The notes beneath the pieces were generated by a model that was not told the DNA's origin, searched no databases, and saw nothing but the letters and a program-made list of their open reading frames with translations. Position numbers and translations under genes: made by a program. Source: an uncultured Ruficoccus sp. (GTDB lineage: Bacteria > Verrucomicrobiota > Verrucomicrobiia > Opitutales > Cerasicoccaceae). From it: DNA of 64,000 nucleotides. The DNA is taken from NCBI GenBank assembly GCA_965140785.1, contig OZ223519.1, positions 320,001 to 384,000 on the forward strand. Reading direction: 5' to 3'. Shown piece by piece: positions 40,728 through 54,048 of this stretch; position 1 is the stretch's first letter, and each line of letters starts with the position of its first letter.

Positions 40728-41972
40728 CTAGTCGGAGCGTTTTCCCCGGCGGTGACGTACCCACAGAAACAGCCCGCTCAGGAGGGCGAAGCCCAGAGCG
40801 TAATGTGAGGGCTCCGGGACGGCGGTGAAGCCGACGATGGACTTGCCGGTGCCGTCGTCCAGCAGGAACGTAATCTCGTAGTCCAGAAAGGGGTTGAGGC
40901 CCAGATTCGTTTCGAAGCTGCCGCTGTCCGAGACGATGGTATACAGCAGGGACAGCAGGTCCTGCTCATTATCGATCGAGGAGGCGTCATAGCTGTACAC
41001 AAAGGTGGGGGTGCCTTCCGGGTTGGTGCCCGTATAGACGACCGCTTCGCCGTTGGGCACGGTGCCCGGCGGCACGCTCTCGCTCCCGACGCCCTGGATG
41101 TCCACAAAGGGCGCACCCGTATCGAACAAGACGGAGATGGTGCTATCGCCGCCGCTGTCGGTGATGGCGGTTCCGTCCACCGTGCCGGTCATGTCCACCT
41201 GATACTGCGCCCGGGGCATGATCCCGTCGGCATTCGGGAGGGCGGACAATTCCTCGCCGGACTCGGCGACCTGCGCCTCGAACGCCAGCTTGAAGTCTAT
41301 GGCGTCGATTTTGGCCTGGGTGATCCCGAGCGTCAGGACACCCTCGTTCGTGTTTTTATCGATGCGGATGGATATCCCCGGTTGCGCCCCGGCCAGGTCC
41401 ACCTGGGCCAGCAGGCTGAACAGGTTAAAGGCGTTGGCGTCGCCGGTGTTGAAAAACTTCTGGTTAAATCCCGCTCCGAGGATGCCGGCGTATTGTTTTT
41501 CGTAGGCGGCACTGGCGCCGGGGGTAAAGTCCCAGCCGCCGATGCTGCCGGTATGCTCGTAGGCTCGTGTGAAGGCGGCGTCATTAACGGTCACGACGGA
41601 GCTGCCCGTCTTGGCGTTATAAAAGGAGATGCCGCCTTGCGCGGCGTACACCGACACGCTGTCATCATGGCTGCTGCCGTAGTCGATGACCGCGGATTTA
41701 TTCGTGTCGTAGGTCGAGTCTCCCAGGGACATGTTGGCGCCCGCGACGAGCGCCACGCTGCCGGTGTCCAGCATGTACCGCTGCGGGACCGCTCCGCTTC
41801 CCTCGAAGAGCAGATCGATGCCGATCCGGTATTCGTAATAGCCTCCGGAGTCGCGGGCGGCGCCCGGCTGGAGATAGATGGGTATCTCGTAGGGAGCCTG
41901 CCCCTGGAGCGTCAGGGGAATGGCAACCAGGCCGATAATGCACAAAGCGGAAGACAATAAGACAGAGCGCAT
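40728..41972 (-). CDS. PEP-CTERM protein with two DTG motifs (pepsin-like aspartic protease candidate)
   Basis: Signal peptide; MLDTGS...GILG and LFDTGA...NLG; AVPEPS + hydrophobic helix + RHRR. Confidence 0.75.
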   Translation of the reverse strand: MRSVLLSSALCIIGLVAIPLTLQGQAPYEIPIYLQPGAARDSGGYYEYRIGIDLLFEGSGAVPQRYMLDTGSVALVAGANMSLGDSTYDTNKSAVIDYGSSHDDSVSVYAAQGGISFYNAKTGSSVVTVNDAAFTRAYEHTGSIGGWDFTPGASAAYEKQYAGILGAGFNQKFFNTGDANAFNLFSLLAQVDLAGAQPGISIRIDKNTNEGVLTLGITQAKIDAIDFKLAFEAQVAESGEELSALPNADGIMPRAQYQVDMTGTVDGTAITDSGGDSTISVLFDTGAPFVDIQGVGSESVPPGTVPNGEAVVYTGTNPEGTPTFVYSYDASSIDNEQDLLSLLYTIVSDSGSFETNLGLNPFLDYEITFLLDDGTGKSIVGFTAVPEPSHYALGFALLSGLFLWVRHRRGKRSD

Positions 41973-42233
41973 GATGGTAGATCAGGTTGGCAGAGAATGA
42001 TTAGGGGCAAGGGTGAGAGAGATTGCCCCCGGTGTGGATTGACGAAGATCATGCTAGTGTAAAATAATACGGATTGTCGATCCTATTTGGCGCGTCCGTT
42101 TGGCTTCGACGTGTCATCACAGACTGCTTTAACTGCACCAATCACGTCGTTTTCGCCGTAATTTCCGGGTCCGGGGGCGGGCGTTGCATGTTTTGGCTTG
42201 CCCCGGCAGGCCCCGGGGCGTTTTCCCTTAAAA

Positions 42234-43265
42234 ATGGCTGAACAAACCGCCGACCGACCCATTGTCCTCACCTGCGCCCAACCCACCGGGAAACTCCATC
42301 TCGGCAATTACCTTGGCGCGGTCAAAAACTGGGTGAGCTTCCTCGACGGCTACGAGTGCTATTTCGGGATCGTGGACATGCACGCTATCACCGTGCCCTA
42401 TGTGCCGGCTGACCTGCGTAAGAACACGCTCAACTGCGCCGCCGAGTACATCGCCTGCGGGCTCGACCCGGCGCGTTGCCATCTCTTTTTACAGTCGCAT
42501 GTGACTGGCCACACGGAGCTGACCTGGGTGCTCGGCTGCCTCACGCCGCTGGGCCGGCTGGAGCGCATGACGCAGTTTAAGGACAAGTCCCGCAAGCAGG
42601 AAGAGTCCGGCAGCGCGGGCTTCATCGGCAGCGGTCTGCTCTACTACCCGGTGTTGATGGCCGCCGACATTCTCCTCTACAACGCCGACCGTGTCCCGGT
42701 GGGCGAGGACCAGAAGCAGCACCTGGAGATTACCCGCGACATCGCCCAGAAGTTCAACGAAACCTACTCGCCGACGTTCAAGGTGCCCGAGATCGACACC
42801 CCCAAGACCGGGGCGCGCATCATGTCGCTCCAGTCGCCCGAGACGAAGATGTCCAAGTCCGACACCAACCAGAACGGCACGCTCTACCTCATGGACGAGC
42901 CGAAGGTGATCCGCAAAAAAATCGGCAGTGCCGTGACCGACTCCGGCAGTGAGATTCGCGCCGCCGCCGACAAGCCCGGCATCACCAACCTGCTCAACAT
43001 TTTCTCCGCCGCCACCGGCAAGCCCGTCGAAACGCTCGAAACGGAGTTCGCGGGCAAGACCTACGCCGAGTTCAAGGGCGCGGTGGCCGAGGCCGTCGTC
43101 GAGATGCTTACACCCGTGCGCGAGCGCTACGAGGCCATCCGCGACGACAAGGACTACCTCTTGTCCGCCCTCAAGGACGGCAGCGCCGCCGCCCAGAAAC
43201 GCGCCTACAAGACCCTCTCCAAGGTCTGGCGCAAGGCTGGCTTCGTCGAAGTCCCACGGGGGTAG
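42234..43265 (+). CDS. trpS: Tryptophanyl-tRNA synthetase
   Basis: QPTGKLHLGNYLGA, RMTQFKDK, VPVGEDQKQH, KMSKS. Confidence 0.98.
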   Translation: MAEQTADRPIVLTCAQPTGKLHLGNYLGAVKNWVSFLDGYECYFGIVDMHAITVPYVPADLRKNTLNCAAEYIACGLDPARCHLFLQSHVTGHTELTWVLGCLTPLGRLERMTQFKDKSRKQEESGSAGFIGSGLLYYPVLMAADILLYNADRVPVGEDQKQHLEITRDIAQKFNETYSPTFKVPEIDTPKTGARIMSLQSPETKMSKSDTNQNGTLYLMDEPKVIRKKIGSAVTDSGSEIRAAADKPGITNLLNIFSAATGKPVETLETEFAGKTYAEFKGAVAEAVVEMLTPVRERYEAIRDDKDYLLSALKDGSAAAQKRAYKTLSKVWRKAGFVEVPRG

Positions 43266-43422
43266 CCCCGGGGCCGTGGCCCTTCGGATTACCGCGTAGC
43301 TCCACAGGGAGAAAGTACAGGCGTGGTGCTTGTCCAGCCGGACCAGTACACCGAACCCCGGCAGGGAAGATCGGGTCTTGTCAGCGGGCGGTTCTTATGC
43401 AACGTTAGGCCAGCTTTATCAG

Positions 43423-44810
43423 ATGGAGGACCCAAACAATTTCCGGCTTCAAAAGATCAGCATGATCGCCGCCGACGTCCTTCTCGTCGTGTTGGGCGTG
43501 ATTTACGCCTTCAGCGGCGAAGGCCCCATGGCCCCGATGCAGTTTTTCTGGGTGGTGGTCAGTGTCAGTCTCGGCGGCGTTCTCGCGTTCATTCCGTTTT
43601 TCCTGGAGTTTAAAATCCGGGCTAACCTGGCCGAGTACGACCGAAGTCAGGCCAACCTCGAAAACGCCGAGCGCATCGAGCGCGTGCTGGCCGAGATCCA
43701 CGAGATCGCCGCCGTGGTCGCCCGTCAGGCCGATCGCTCCGAGGAGGCGATGACGAAGACCGCCGAGACCGTCGAGCGGTTGGAAAAGCATCAGCCCGGC
43801 CCAGGCGGCGAGGAGACCAAAGCCCTGACCGAGTCGGTCGAGTCACTGCGCAAGGACGTAGCCCAGGCCCTGGAGAGCGTGGCCTCCGCCGAGGACACCG
43901 CCGCGCTCATTGGCGGGGTGGAAGTTACCCTCGTCAGCTTGAGCGGCCAACTGGAGCAGGTGCAGTACCAACTGACCAAAGACGCCGCCTCACGGACCGG
44001 CGGGACTCCAACTGCCGATCAGCCCCCCGCTCCGGAGACAGAAGGAGACGAAGCCGTCGAGCCTTCCACTCTGGAGGAAGGAGCGGACGCAGCCGATGCC
44101 ATGCTTAAGCCTGGCGACACACTTCCGGCGAACATCGCCGATGACGAGTCCGTCACGCCAGACGCAGACGCGGTCCCCGCCGAAGACGGCTCGCACGGGC
44201 GAGCCGGAAACGGCCGAGGAAGAGCCTCGAAGGGGCCGAGGACGTGCCGGAGGATTTAGAGGTCAAAGACGAGGCCTTACGAGGCCGAAATTTCCCAGTT
44301 CAACGCCGGCCTGGAAGCTGCCGCGGACGAGCTTGCCGCCGAGGAGGGGGACCGTCTTTACCGATGCCCGTCCCGCGAGTGCGTCGGCGGTGTGTGAGCC
44401 CGGCTTCGACCGATGAGGTCGAGGCCTCGCTGGAACTTCGCAAGGATTCAGAAGCCCCGGCAGAGGAGGGCGAGCCTGAGGAGGAAGCGCCCTTGCAACC
44501 GAATCTAATGGACGACCTGCCGCCGCCTCGCCAGAAGCCCCGCAAGAGTCCCAAGGGCGCCACCGTCCTGGTGGCTCAGGTCTTGATCGGCATCGGCAAC
44601 AAGCCGTACGTGCGCGGGACTGGCCCCGGCCTCTCCTCCACCAAGGGCGTCCCCATGGAATTTCTCGAAATCGGCAAGTGGCAATGGACCGCGCCCGAAA
44701 GCGACGAGCCCATCAGCTGCCAGATTTACAAGAACGACGAGGTCCCGGCTAGCGGCGACATGATTGAGCTGGAGCCCGGTCAGCGCCGGACGGTTTCCCC
44801 CAGTTTCTAG
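43423..44810 (+). CDS. Membrane-anchored acidic protein with IGIGNKPYVRG...GVPM C-terminal domain; frameshifted at about 44190-44400
   Basis: Two N-terminal helices and a coiled coil in one frame; acidic linker broken across frames; coherent C-terminal domain in ORF 44244-44810. Confidence 0.6.
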
Positions 44811-45144
44811 GGACTGGGGCAGCTAGGCCCGATTGGCAGGCTGCTTTCGAAGTCGCCTCGTTCTGATATTGTCAGCATATGAGTCACGGAGGGGCCATGG
44901 GTCTCATATGGGTTTTTGTGATTGAATAACCTTTGCTGCTGAGAACTGGAATCATTAGGGACGCTTTTGCTATTGTCCTATTCGCGATCCTTGATTAGTG
45001 TAATCAATAGATGTAATAAGACGCGTGCGTAATTAGCAAATCGGGGCGCGTTTGTAGATCAGTGGGTAAATTAGTGTTGCTATCCATATTAGTTTTTATG
45101 GATTAGTTTTTTTAATTTCAGAACACACAGCAACGAACTTAATC

Positions 45145-46963
<1,819 letters not shown>

Positions 46964-46987
46964 GATTTCGCGATCTTAACCCCCACG

Positions 46988-47021
46988 AAACGCCCGGCCT
47001 TCGCGCCGGGCGTTTTTTTTT
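46988..47021 (+). terminator. Intrinsic terminator after pckG
   Basis: AAACGCCCGGC/GCCGGGCGTTT stem followed by T-tract. Confidence 0.8.
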
Positions 47022-47209
47022 GCCGGGCATGGTCGGCACTCTGGATGCTGCGCATCCGGATGCCATTTTCTGGAGAAATGCCATGAGCTCGAATTACATC
47101 CTTTGGGTCGGGATGGCGTTTGTCCGACTTGCGCGGATCCTCAGCCTATGGCCATGCCTTTACTCCAATGGAGAGGCATCACGATCCGAAGGATGGAGGG
47201 CACTGCCCG

Positions 47210-49096
47210 TTAGTCGTCCATCTGCACGCGCAGAAAGACATTTTCGCCCGGGCTGCCTTGATAGGTGTAGATGTACGCGTCGTTGTCGCCAATGGGGCCG
47301 GCGGGTATCGCGCCGGAGACTTCAGTGTAGGGACCGCCGGGACTGCTGGCTTTCAGCAGGGTGAAGCTGGCCTCGGGGCTTTCGTGCTCGGGGTCGAAGG
47401 TGAGGGTAGTCTGGTTGCTGGTGTTGTGGGTGACCTCGGCAACGCGGAGTCGTAGCCGCCGCCAATCCTGCTTGACGTTTTTCAAATCGGTAATGGTGAC
47501 CGTGCGCGTGATAATCGGGTAACCCGGTGCGGTGAAAGTCACGGTATAGCTGCCGTCGGCGGAAACGGGTACCGAGTAGCCGCCGCTGGAGGCGCTGAGG
47601 GCGTAGTAAACGCTGCCGTCCACATCGATCCGCACGCCGCCCACGCCCTCGCCGGGATCGTACACCTTGTCCCCGTCGGCATCGTCGAAGATCACGCCGG
47701 TGATGAACGCCGAGTTGCTCTGCGGGATGGCAACGTCCTGCGTCACCAGTTGCGGCCCGACGGTGTTACTGGCGTATCCGTTCGTCCAGTCCTGGCCGGT
47801 CTTGGTGCCGCTGACGATCCCGATGCCGATTTCCTTGTAGGCGGGGTTGTGGATATTCTCCCGGTGGCCGGGCGGGTCCTGCATGCCGTCCAGGTTGTCC
47901 ACGCCCTGCACGTAGTCTTCGTCTTCGGTGTCGTCATTGGCATCGTTGCCCCAGTCGATTTCAAATCCGGCGTGCCCGTGGAAGAGCGACTCGGCGTTGG
48001 CGTAAACATTTTCCCCGAGGTAAGTGTACAGATAGCCCTGGCGAACGGCCCGCATGCCGGGGCTGTCTCCGCTCTGGTTGGGGGGCGGTGGAGTGGGGGA
48101 GCTGACGTGCTCCTGAAAGGTGTTCTCGTACATGTCCTGAGTGTGCAGGCGGGCGGAGGCGTTCAGCTTTGCGTTAAAGGACAGCGGCTGGGTGGTGGTT
48201 TCGAGGGTGGCGAACTCATCGACCATGCGGGTCAGGTTGACGCCGAAATAAGTGATGGCGTCGAGCACATCGGGATCGGTGGTCGTGGCCAGGAGCTGGG
48301 CCTCGGCATCGGCGTCGGCGCGTGCGCGGTTGACCAGCTCCAGGCTGTACTGCTCCTCGCCGGTCGGGTCACCGATGGAGTAGGGGCGCTTGGTGAAGGA
48401 CGGGCCGACCTGGATGTTGTCAAAGAACCAGCCGACCGTGTCGGTGGTGCTGGTAAAGGCATAGCCCCCCGTGTAGTCGAAGAGGAAGCGCAGCCGGATG
48501 GTTTGCCCGGCAAAGGATGACAAGTCCACCTCGCGCATTTGGAAGGTCGCGTCCGTATCGATTTGCTCTGCGGAGTTAGACTGTTCCATGGTGCCGGGCT
48601 GGTCATACACCGTGTAGGGCCAACTGATGCCGCCGTCGGTCGAGACCTGAACCTTGGCCCGCTGCTGGTCGAAGGCGCGACGTAGCCAGCTTTCGAAATA
48701 CAGGTGGGTGTCGCTGCTGGCGTTGATCGGGGTGAGCAGTTGCACGCTGCCGTCTTGAAAATCGTCATTGTTCAGGTGAAACGCATAATCGCCCTCGGAC
48801 GAAACGCTGTCCTGCAAGACTGTGTAGGTGGCCGAGCCGGTGTTGATGGCCACGTGCTCACTTCCGTTCTCACCATTTTCAATCAGCGTGCTGACGGCTT
48901 CCTCCGCACCGGCGGGACGGAAACCAAAGAAGGTAAAAAGGACGGGTTCTTCCTCCGAGTAACGGATAGAGGGCGCTGGCTCAGGGCGGGCTATATTCCA
49001 GGCCGGGGGCGGTGCTGCGACCGGCGCGCGGTCGGCGGTGGCGAGGGCAGCCGGTAGTGAGGCTATCAGGGGGAGAAGGATTGCTAATCTCAGCAT
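47210..49096 (-). CDS. Exported CAP (SCP) domain protein with N-terminal beta-sandwich and C-terminal Ig-like domains
   Basis: Signal peptide; ELVNRAR, ARLHTQDM, GEN, GHRENI...EIGIG CAP motifs; C-terminal VFLRV. Confidence 0.8.
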   Translation of the reverse strand: MLRLAILLPLIASLPAALATADRAPVAAPPPAWNIARPEPAPSIRYSEEEPVLFTFFGFRPAGAEEAVSTLIENGENGSEHVAINTGSATYTVLQDSVSSEGDYAFHLNNDDFQDGSVQLLTPINASSDTHLYFESWLRRAFDQQRAKVQVSTDGGISWPYTVYDQPGTMEQSNSAEQIDTDATFQMREVDLSSFAGQTIRLRFLFDYTGGYAFTSTTDTVGWFFDNIQVGPSFTKRPYSIGDPTGEEQYSLELVNRARADADAEAQLLATTTDPDVLDAITYFGVNLTRMVDEFATLETTTQPLSFNAKLNASARLHTQDMYENTFQEHVSSPTPPPPNQSGDSPGMRAVRQGYLYTYLGENVYANAESLFHGHAGFEIDWGNDANDDTEDEDYVQGVDNLDGMQDPPGHRENIHNPAYKEIGIGIVSGTKTGQDWTNGYASNTVGPQLVTQDVAIPQSNSAFITGVIFDDADGDKVYDPGEGVGGVRIDVDGSVYYALSASSGGYSVPVSADGSYTVTFTAPGYPIITRTVTITDLKNVKQDWRRLRLRVAEVTHNTSNQTTLTFDPEHESPEASFTLLKASSPGGPYTEVSGAIPAGPIGDNDAYIYTYQGSPGENVFLRVQMDD

Positions 49097-49228
49097 AAGT
49101 GTAACTTTCTTTGCCTAGCGGGGTTTGGGTTCAGGTGCAAGCCCGCGCTCCCGGCGCTTGACGAAACTTTTACCGCTTTTGAGGTTTTCCCTTTTGAACA
49201 GAAATCATTATTAACTGTCTCCATGCCC

Positions 49229-50899
49229 ATGATCCGATTGACCCCTCTCTTCTGCGCCGCGCTGGCGGCTCCGTTCGTTCTCTCCGCCGCCGAGGAGCGC
49301 ATCCTCGATGCCCACCTGACCGAGGCGACCGTTTTCGCCGACCGGGCCGAATTGGTCCGCGAGGCCCAGCTCGACCTCGACGCCGGGACGCACACGCTGC
49401 TTTTTGCCGACCTGCCCAGCCGCACCGACGGCAGCAGCCTGCAGGTGAACGGCACCGGCGGTTTCACTTTGCAGGATGTGCGCTTTGAGACGCGCCAGTT
49501 GACCGACCTGCCCGAAGGTCGCCTCAAGGAGCTCACCGCCGAACTCGAAAAATATCAGGAGCAGGCCAAGGCCCTGCAGATGACGACCGAGCGCCTCTCG
49601 GACCGCCGTACCGCCCTAAACGCTATCCTCAACCGCGTCACCACCGTACCCAAGGACGGGAGCGAGCCTCCGCCCATGGACGCCGTGCAGTGGACCGAAC
49701 TGCTGACTTTTTATAACACCCAGTTGGAAAAAATCGATCAGTCCGAGTTGGAGAACGACGCCAAGGTGAAGGACGTTAACGAGCAGATCACCCGTGTGCA
49801 GCGCGAGATCTCCCAGCTCAACGCCAGCGCCCGCAAGCAGAGCAACACGGCCAAGGTCGTCATCTCGCTTGATGCGCCCGCCAGCGTCACCATCGACTTG
49901 ACGAGCATTGTATATGGCCCGCGCTGGAGCCCCAGCTACGACATCCGCGCCAACACCGCCGGTAAGCAGGTCACCGTCGCCAGCTACGGCAGCATCACCC
50001 AGAACACCGGCGAGGACTGGACCGACGTTAAACTCAGCCTCTCCACCGCCCAGCCGCAGATCGGCGGACGCGAGCCCGAGCTGCACCCGTGGTTCGTGCA
50101 GGAGTTTAAGCCGCGGCCGATGGTGGGCGGAGAGATCAAGGCCAGCTATGCCTATGAGTCCGCTCCGCAGAATAACCGCATGCGCCAGATGATGGAGTCC
50201 GACCAAGCCGTAACAAGCGAACTGGCGGCTGCCTCCCCGATGGTGGTGCAGGACGCGACCGTGGAGAGCGGCGCGACCGCCGTGGTGTATCAGATTCCCA
50301 ATACAGCCTCCATCCCGAGCGACAACCAGCCGGTGCGTGTGGCCATCACCACGCAGACCTTCCCGGGGCAGTTCCGCTACTCGGCGGTGCCGAAGCTCTC
50401 CCCGCACGTTTACTTGAAGACCAAGGTGACCAACACCAGCGAGTACGCCTTCCTGCCCGGCCCGAGCAATATCTACCTCGACGGTAGCTTCGTCGGCAAG
50501 GCGCCGGTGGACCTGGTGCCCCCGGGCAAGGAATTCTGGACCTGGCTCGGCATCGACCAGGGCGTCAAGGTCGAGCGCAAGCTCCTCGACCGCAAGGAGG
50601 GCGAGGCCGGGTTCTTCGGCGGTAACAAGAGCCTGACCTACCGCTACGAGTTCGAGATCAAGAACGACAAGCAGATGCCGATCGAGCTCGTCGTGTGGGA
50701 CCAGATCCCGATCTCCCAGAACGACGACATCCAGGTCGAGCTGATCAAACCCGACTACAGCAAGGACACGCCCACGCTCAAGATGAACTCCCAGAAGTAC
50801 ATCGAGTGGCTCTACACCCTCAACCCCGGCCAGGAGGTCAAGACGCCCTTCGAGTTCAAGGTCACCTGGCCCGAGGACATGCAGGTCAGCGGGTTGTAA
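49229..50899 (+). CDS. DUF4140/DUF4139 (MuiA-like) exported protein
   Basis: ATVFADRAELVR, WSPSYDIR, QNTGEDW...LSLSTAQP, FLPGPSNIYLDG. Confidence 0.85.
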   Translation: MIRLTPLFCAALAAPFVLSAAEERILDAHLTEATVFADRAELVREAQLDLDAGTHTLLFADLPSRTDGSSLQVNGTGGFTLQDVRFETRQLTDLPEGRLKELTAELEKYQEQAKALQMTTERLSDRRTALNAILNRVTTVPKDGSEPPPMDAVQWTELLTFYNTQLEKIDQSELENDAKVKDVNEQITRVQREISQLNASARKQSNTAKVVISLDAPASVTIDLTSIVYGPRWSPSYDIRANTAGKQVTVASYGSITQNTGEDWTDVKLSLSTAQPQIGGREPELHPWFVQEFKPRPMVGGEIKASYAYESAPQNNRMRQMMESDQAVTSELAAASPMVVQDATVESGATAVVYQIPNTASIPSDNQPVRVAITTQTFPGQFRYSAVPKLSPHVYLKTKVTNTSEYAFLPGPSNIYLDGSFVGKAPVDLVPPGKEFWTWLGIDQGVKVERKLLDRKEGEAGFFGGNKSLTYRYEFEIKNDKQMPIELVVWDQIPISQNDDIQVELIKPDYSKDTPTLKMNSQKYIEWLYTLNPGQEVKTPFEFKVTWPEDMQVSGL

Positions 50900-50943
50900 G
50901 TCCGCCGTTCGCCGTAGCGGCTTTGACTCCCACCGTTTCTTTC

Positions 50944-50975
50944 AGCCGTCCGGATCACTCCGGGCGGCTTTTTTT
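50944..50975 (+). terminator. Intrinsic terminator
   Basis: AGCCGTCCGGA/TCCGGGCGGCT stem followed by T-tract. Confidence 0.75.
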
Positions 50976-51119
50976 ATCTTACACGGAACCTTTCTCGTCG
51001 GTTGCGGACGAAGTTTCCCGGTAGACTACTTATTGAAATTCAGTCTCATATTAATAGATCGGGATGCGTTGATAATTTAACTTGCCAGCGGGAAACGGAC
51101 GTGATGTTCTGGTCGGCTT

Positions 51120-52307
51120 ATGAACAAAAGTTTCATCTTCTCCTCTGAATCGGTGGGCGAAGGCCACCCGGACAAAGTCGCCGACTATATCTCTGACAGC
51201 ATCCTGGACGCCTGCCTCAAGGACGACCCCAAGAGCCGCGTCGCCTGCGAGACCCTGGTCAAGAGCAACTGCGTCTTCGTCGCCGGGGAAATCACCACCC
51301 AGTCCAAGTTCAACTACGAGGACGTGGTCCGCGAAGCCATCCGTGACATCGGTTACATCGATGCGCAGGACGACGCCGTCTTCCACGCCGACGAGGTTTT
51401 CATTTCCAACTGCCTGACCACCCAGTCCCCCGACATCAAGCAGGGTGTGGACGCTGCCGCCGCCGAAGGTAAGGACAGCGCCGAGCAGGGTGCCGGTGAC
51501 CAGGGGATCATGTTTGGCTACGCCTGCAACCAGACGCCCGAGCTGATGCCCGCCCCGATCATGTACGCGCACCGCCTGCTGCGCGAGATGGCCCGCCAGC
51601 GCAAGGATGTCGGCATCGAGTGGTTGCGCCCGGACGTGAAGAGCCAGGTCGCCGTCGAGTACGTCGATGGCCAGATCAAGGACATCCGCAACGTTGTCAT
51701 CTCCACCCAGCACACCGAGGACGTCAAGCACAGCACGATCCGCGATTTCTGCATCGAGGAGGTCATCCGCAAGGTGCTTCCCGCCGAGCTCCTGACCGAC
51801 GAAACGGAATTTCTGATCAACCCGACCGGTAAGTTTGTCGTGGGTGGCCCGCAGGGCGACGCCGGCCTGACCGGGCGCAAGATCATCGTGGACACCTACG
51901 GCGGCTGGGCACGTCATGGCGGTGGCGCCTTCTCCGGTAAGGACCCGTCCAAGGTGGACCGCTCTGCCGCGTACTTCTGCCGCTGGGTGGCCAAGAACAT
52001 CGTTGCCGCCGGTCTGGCCGAGGAGTGCGAGCTTCAGGTCGCCTACGCCATCGGCTACCCGCGTCCGACCAGCGTCCACGTGGACACCTTCGGCACGGCC
52101 AAGGACGGCCTCTCTGACGCGGAGATTTCCGCCGCCGCCCAGAAGGTCTTCTCCTTCAAGCCCGCCGACATCGTTGGTCAGCTCGACCTGCTGCGCCCGA
52201 TTTACCGCGCCTCCACTCACTACGGTCACTTTGCCAAGGCGGACCTGCCCTGGGAAAGCACGGCCAAGGCCGAGGAACTCAAGGCCGCCGTCTGCGCGAC
52301 CGCTTAA
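51120..52307 (+). CDS. metK: S-adenosylmethionine synthetase
   Basis: [48 protein letters not shown]. Confidence 0.99.
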   Translation: MNKSFIFSSESVGEGHPDKVADYISDSILDACLKDDPKSRVACETLVKSNCVFVAGEITTQSKFNYEDVVREAIRDIGYIDAQDDAVFHADEVFISNCLTTQSPDIKQGVDAAAAEGKDSAEQGAGDQGIMFGYACNQTPELMPAPIMYAHRLLREMARQRKDVGIEWLRPDVKSQVAVEYVDGQIKDIRNVVISTQHTEDVKHSTIRDFCIEEVIRKVLPAELLTDETEFLINPTGKFVVGGPQGDAGLTGRKIIVDTYGGWARHGGGAFSGKDPSKVDRSAAYFCRWVAKNIVAAGLAEECELQVAYAIGYPRPTSVHVDTFGTAKDGLSDAEISAAAQKVFSFKPADIVGQLDLLRPIYRASTHYGHFAKADLPWESTAKAEELKAAVCATA

Positions 52308-52343
52308 TTCCATCCAATCCAGAACCAGAAAATTATTTACTTC

Positions 52344-53783
52344 ATGTCTACAGACACGATTACCAAAGAAGACTACAAAGTTAAGGACATCTCGCTGGCC
52401 GACTTCGGCCGCAAGGAAGTCGAGATCGCCCAGTTTGAAATGCCCGGCCTCATGGCCACCCGCGATAAGTATGCCGGTGAAAAGCCCCTCGCGGGCGTCC
52501 GCATCATGGGCTCGCTGCACATGACGATCCAGACCGCCGTGCTGATCGAGACCCTTCAAGCTCTCGGTGCCGACGTGCGCTGGTGCTCCTGCAACATCTT
52601 CTCCACCCAGGACCATGCCGCCGCCTATGTGGCCAAGAACCTGGACATCCCGGTCTTCGCCTGGAAGGGCGAAACGCTCGAGGAGTACTGGTGGTGCACC
52701 TACCAGGCCCTGACCTGGCCGGACGGCAAGGGCCCGCAGCTCATCGTGGACGACGGTGGCGACGCCACCCTGCTCATCCACAAGGGCTACGAACTCGAAA
52801 ACGGCAGCGACTGGGTGAACTCCGAGTCCTCCAGCCACGAAGAGTCCGTCATCAAGGACCTGCTCAGGAAGGTCAAGAGCGAGTCGCCGACCCGCTGGCA
52901 CGACGTCGTTGAGGACTGGAAGGGCGTTTCCGAGGAGACCACCACCGGTGTTCACCGCCTGTACGAGATGCAGAAGAAGGGCTCGCTCCTGGTCGCCGCC
53001 ATCAACGTCAACGACTCCGTCACCAAGTCCAAGTTTGACAACCTTTACGGCTGCCGCGAATCCCTCATCGACGGCATCAAGCGCGCCACCGACGTCATGA
53101 TCTCCGGTAAGGTCGGGGTCGTCTGCGGCTACGGCGATGTCGGCAAGGGCTGCGCCCAGGCCCTCAAGGCCCAGGGTGCCAACGTGGTTGTGACCGAAGT
53201 GGACCCGATCTGCGCCTTGCAGGCCGCCATGGAAGGCTTCCGCGTGCTGACCGTCGAGGACACCCTCGGCTTCGGCGACATTTACGTCACCACCACCGGC
53301 AACAAGGACATCATCACGGCCGACCACATGGCCAAGATGAAGGACCAGGCCATCGTCTGTAACATCGGCCACTTCGACAACGAGATCCAGGTCGATAAGC
53401 TCGAAAAATACGACGGCGTCGAGATCGAGCAGATCAAGCCCGACAACCAGGGCGCGGTGGACAAGTACACCTTCGCCGACGGCCACAGCGTTTACCTGCT
53501 GGCCAAGGGCCGTCTGGTCAACCTCGGCTGCGCCACCGGCCATCCCTCGTTTGTGATGTCCAACAGCTTCACCAACCAGGTCCTGGCCCAGATCGAACTG
53601 TGGAAGCAGAAGGACAGCTACAAGCCCGGCGTTTACATCCTGCCCAAGCACCTCGACGAGGAAGTCGCCCGCCTGCACCTGCAAAAGATCGGCTGCAAGC
53701 TGACCAAGCTCTCGCAGGAACAGGCCGACTACATCGGCGTGCCGGTCGAAGGCCCCTTCAAGTCCGACCACTACCGCTACTAA
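52344..53783 (+). CDS. ahcY: Adenosylhomocysteinase
   Basis: [46 protein letters not shown]. Confidence 0.99.
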   Translation: MSTDTITKEDYKVKDISLADFGRKEVEIAQFEMPGLMATRDKYAGEKPLAGVRIMGSLHMTIQTAVLIETLQALGADVRWCSCNIFSTQDHAAAYVAKNLDIPVFAWKGETLEEYWWCTYQALTWPDGKGPQLIVDDGGDATLLIHKGYELENGSDWVNSESSSHEESVIKDLLRKVKSESPTRWHDVVEDWKGVSEETTTGVHRLYEMQKKGSLLVAAINVNDSVTKSKFDNLYGCRESLIDGIKRATDVMISGKVGVVCGYGDVGKGCAQALKAQGANVVVTEVDPICALQAAMEGFRVLTVEDTLGFGDIYVTTTGNKDIITADHMAKMKDQAIVCNIGHFDNEIQVDKLEKYDGVEIEQIKPDNQGAVDKYTFADGHSVYLLAKGRLVNLGCATGHPSFVMSNSFTNQVLAQIELWKQKDSYKPGVYILPKHLDEEVARLHLQKIGCKLTKLSQEQADYIGVPVEGPFKSDHYRY

Positions 53784-53865
53784 GCGGGTTGCACCCGCTG
53801 GCAATGATGGGGCTTAGCCCCATCGCTCCCTGCGGTCGCTGCCCCTTTGTGGTTACCATTTATCC

Positions 53866-53896
53866 AAGCGCGCTCCGGATGGGGCGCGCTTTTTTT
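53866..53896 (+). terminator. Intrinsic terminator after metK-ahcY
   Basis: AAGCGCGCTCC/GGGGCGCGCTT stem followed by T-tract. Confidence 0.75.
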
Positions 53897-54048
53897 GTGC
53901 CGCTTGAGAACGGGTTTGAACGGTCCGGTAGGGAGGGGAGTGTGTCACCGTTTTTCTGGGCGTGGGGGGGAATTCGGCATTGTCCTGACCGGTGAAGGTT
54001 TCATGCTGAGAGGCTTTGCCCGCTAAGGCATTATCAGAGCTGAATACC

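Noticed and set aside
50976..51119. SAM or SAH riboswitch, or SahR-type operator, upstream of metK-ahcY
   Set aside because: I could not find the conserved riboswitch cores or a convincing palindrome; an Infernal scan would settle it
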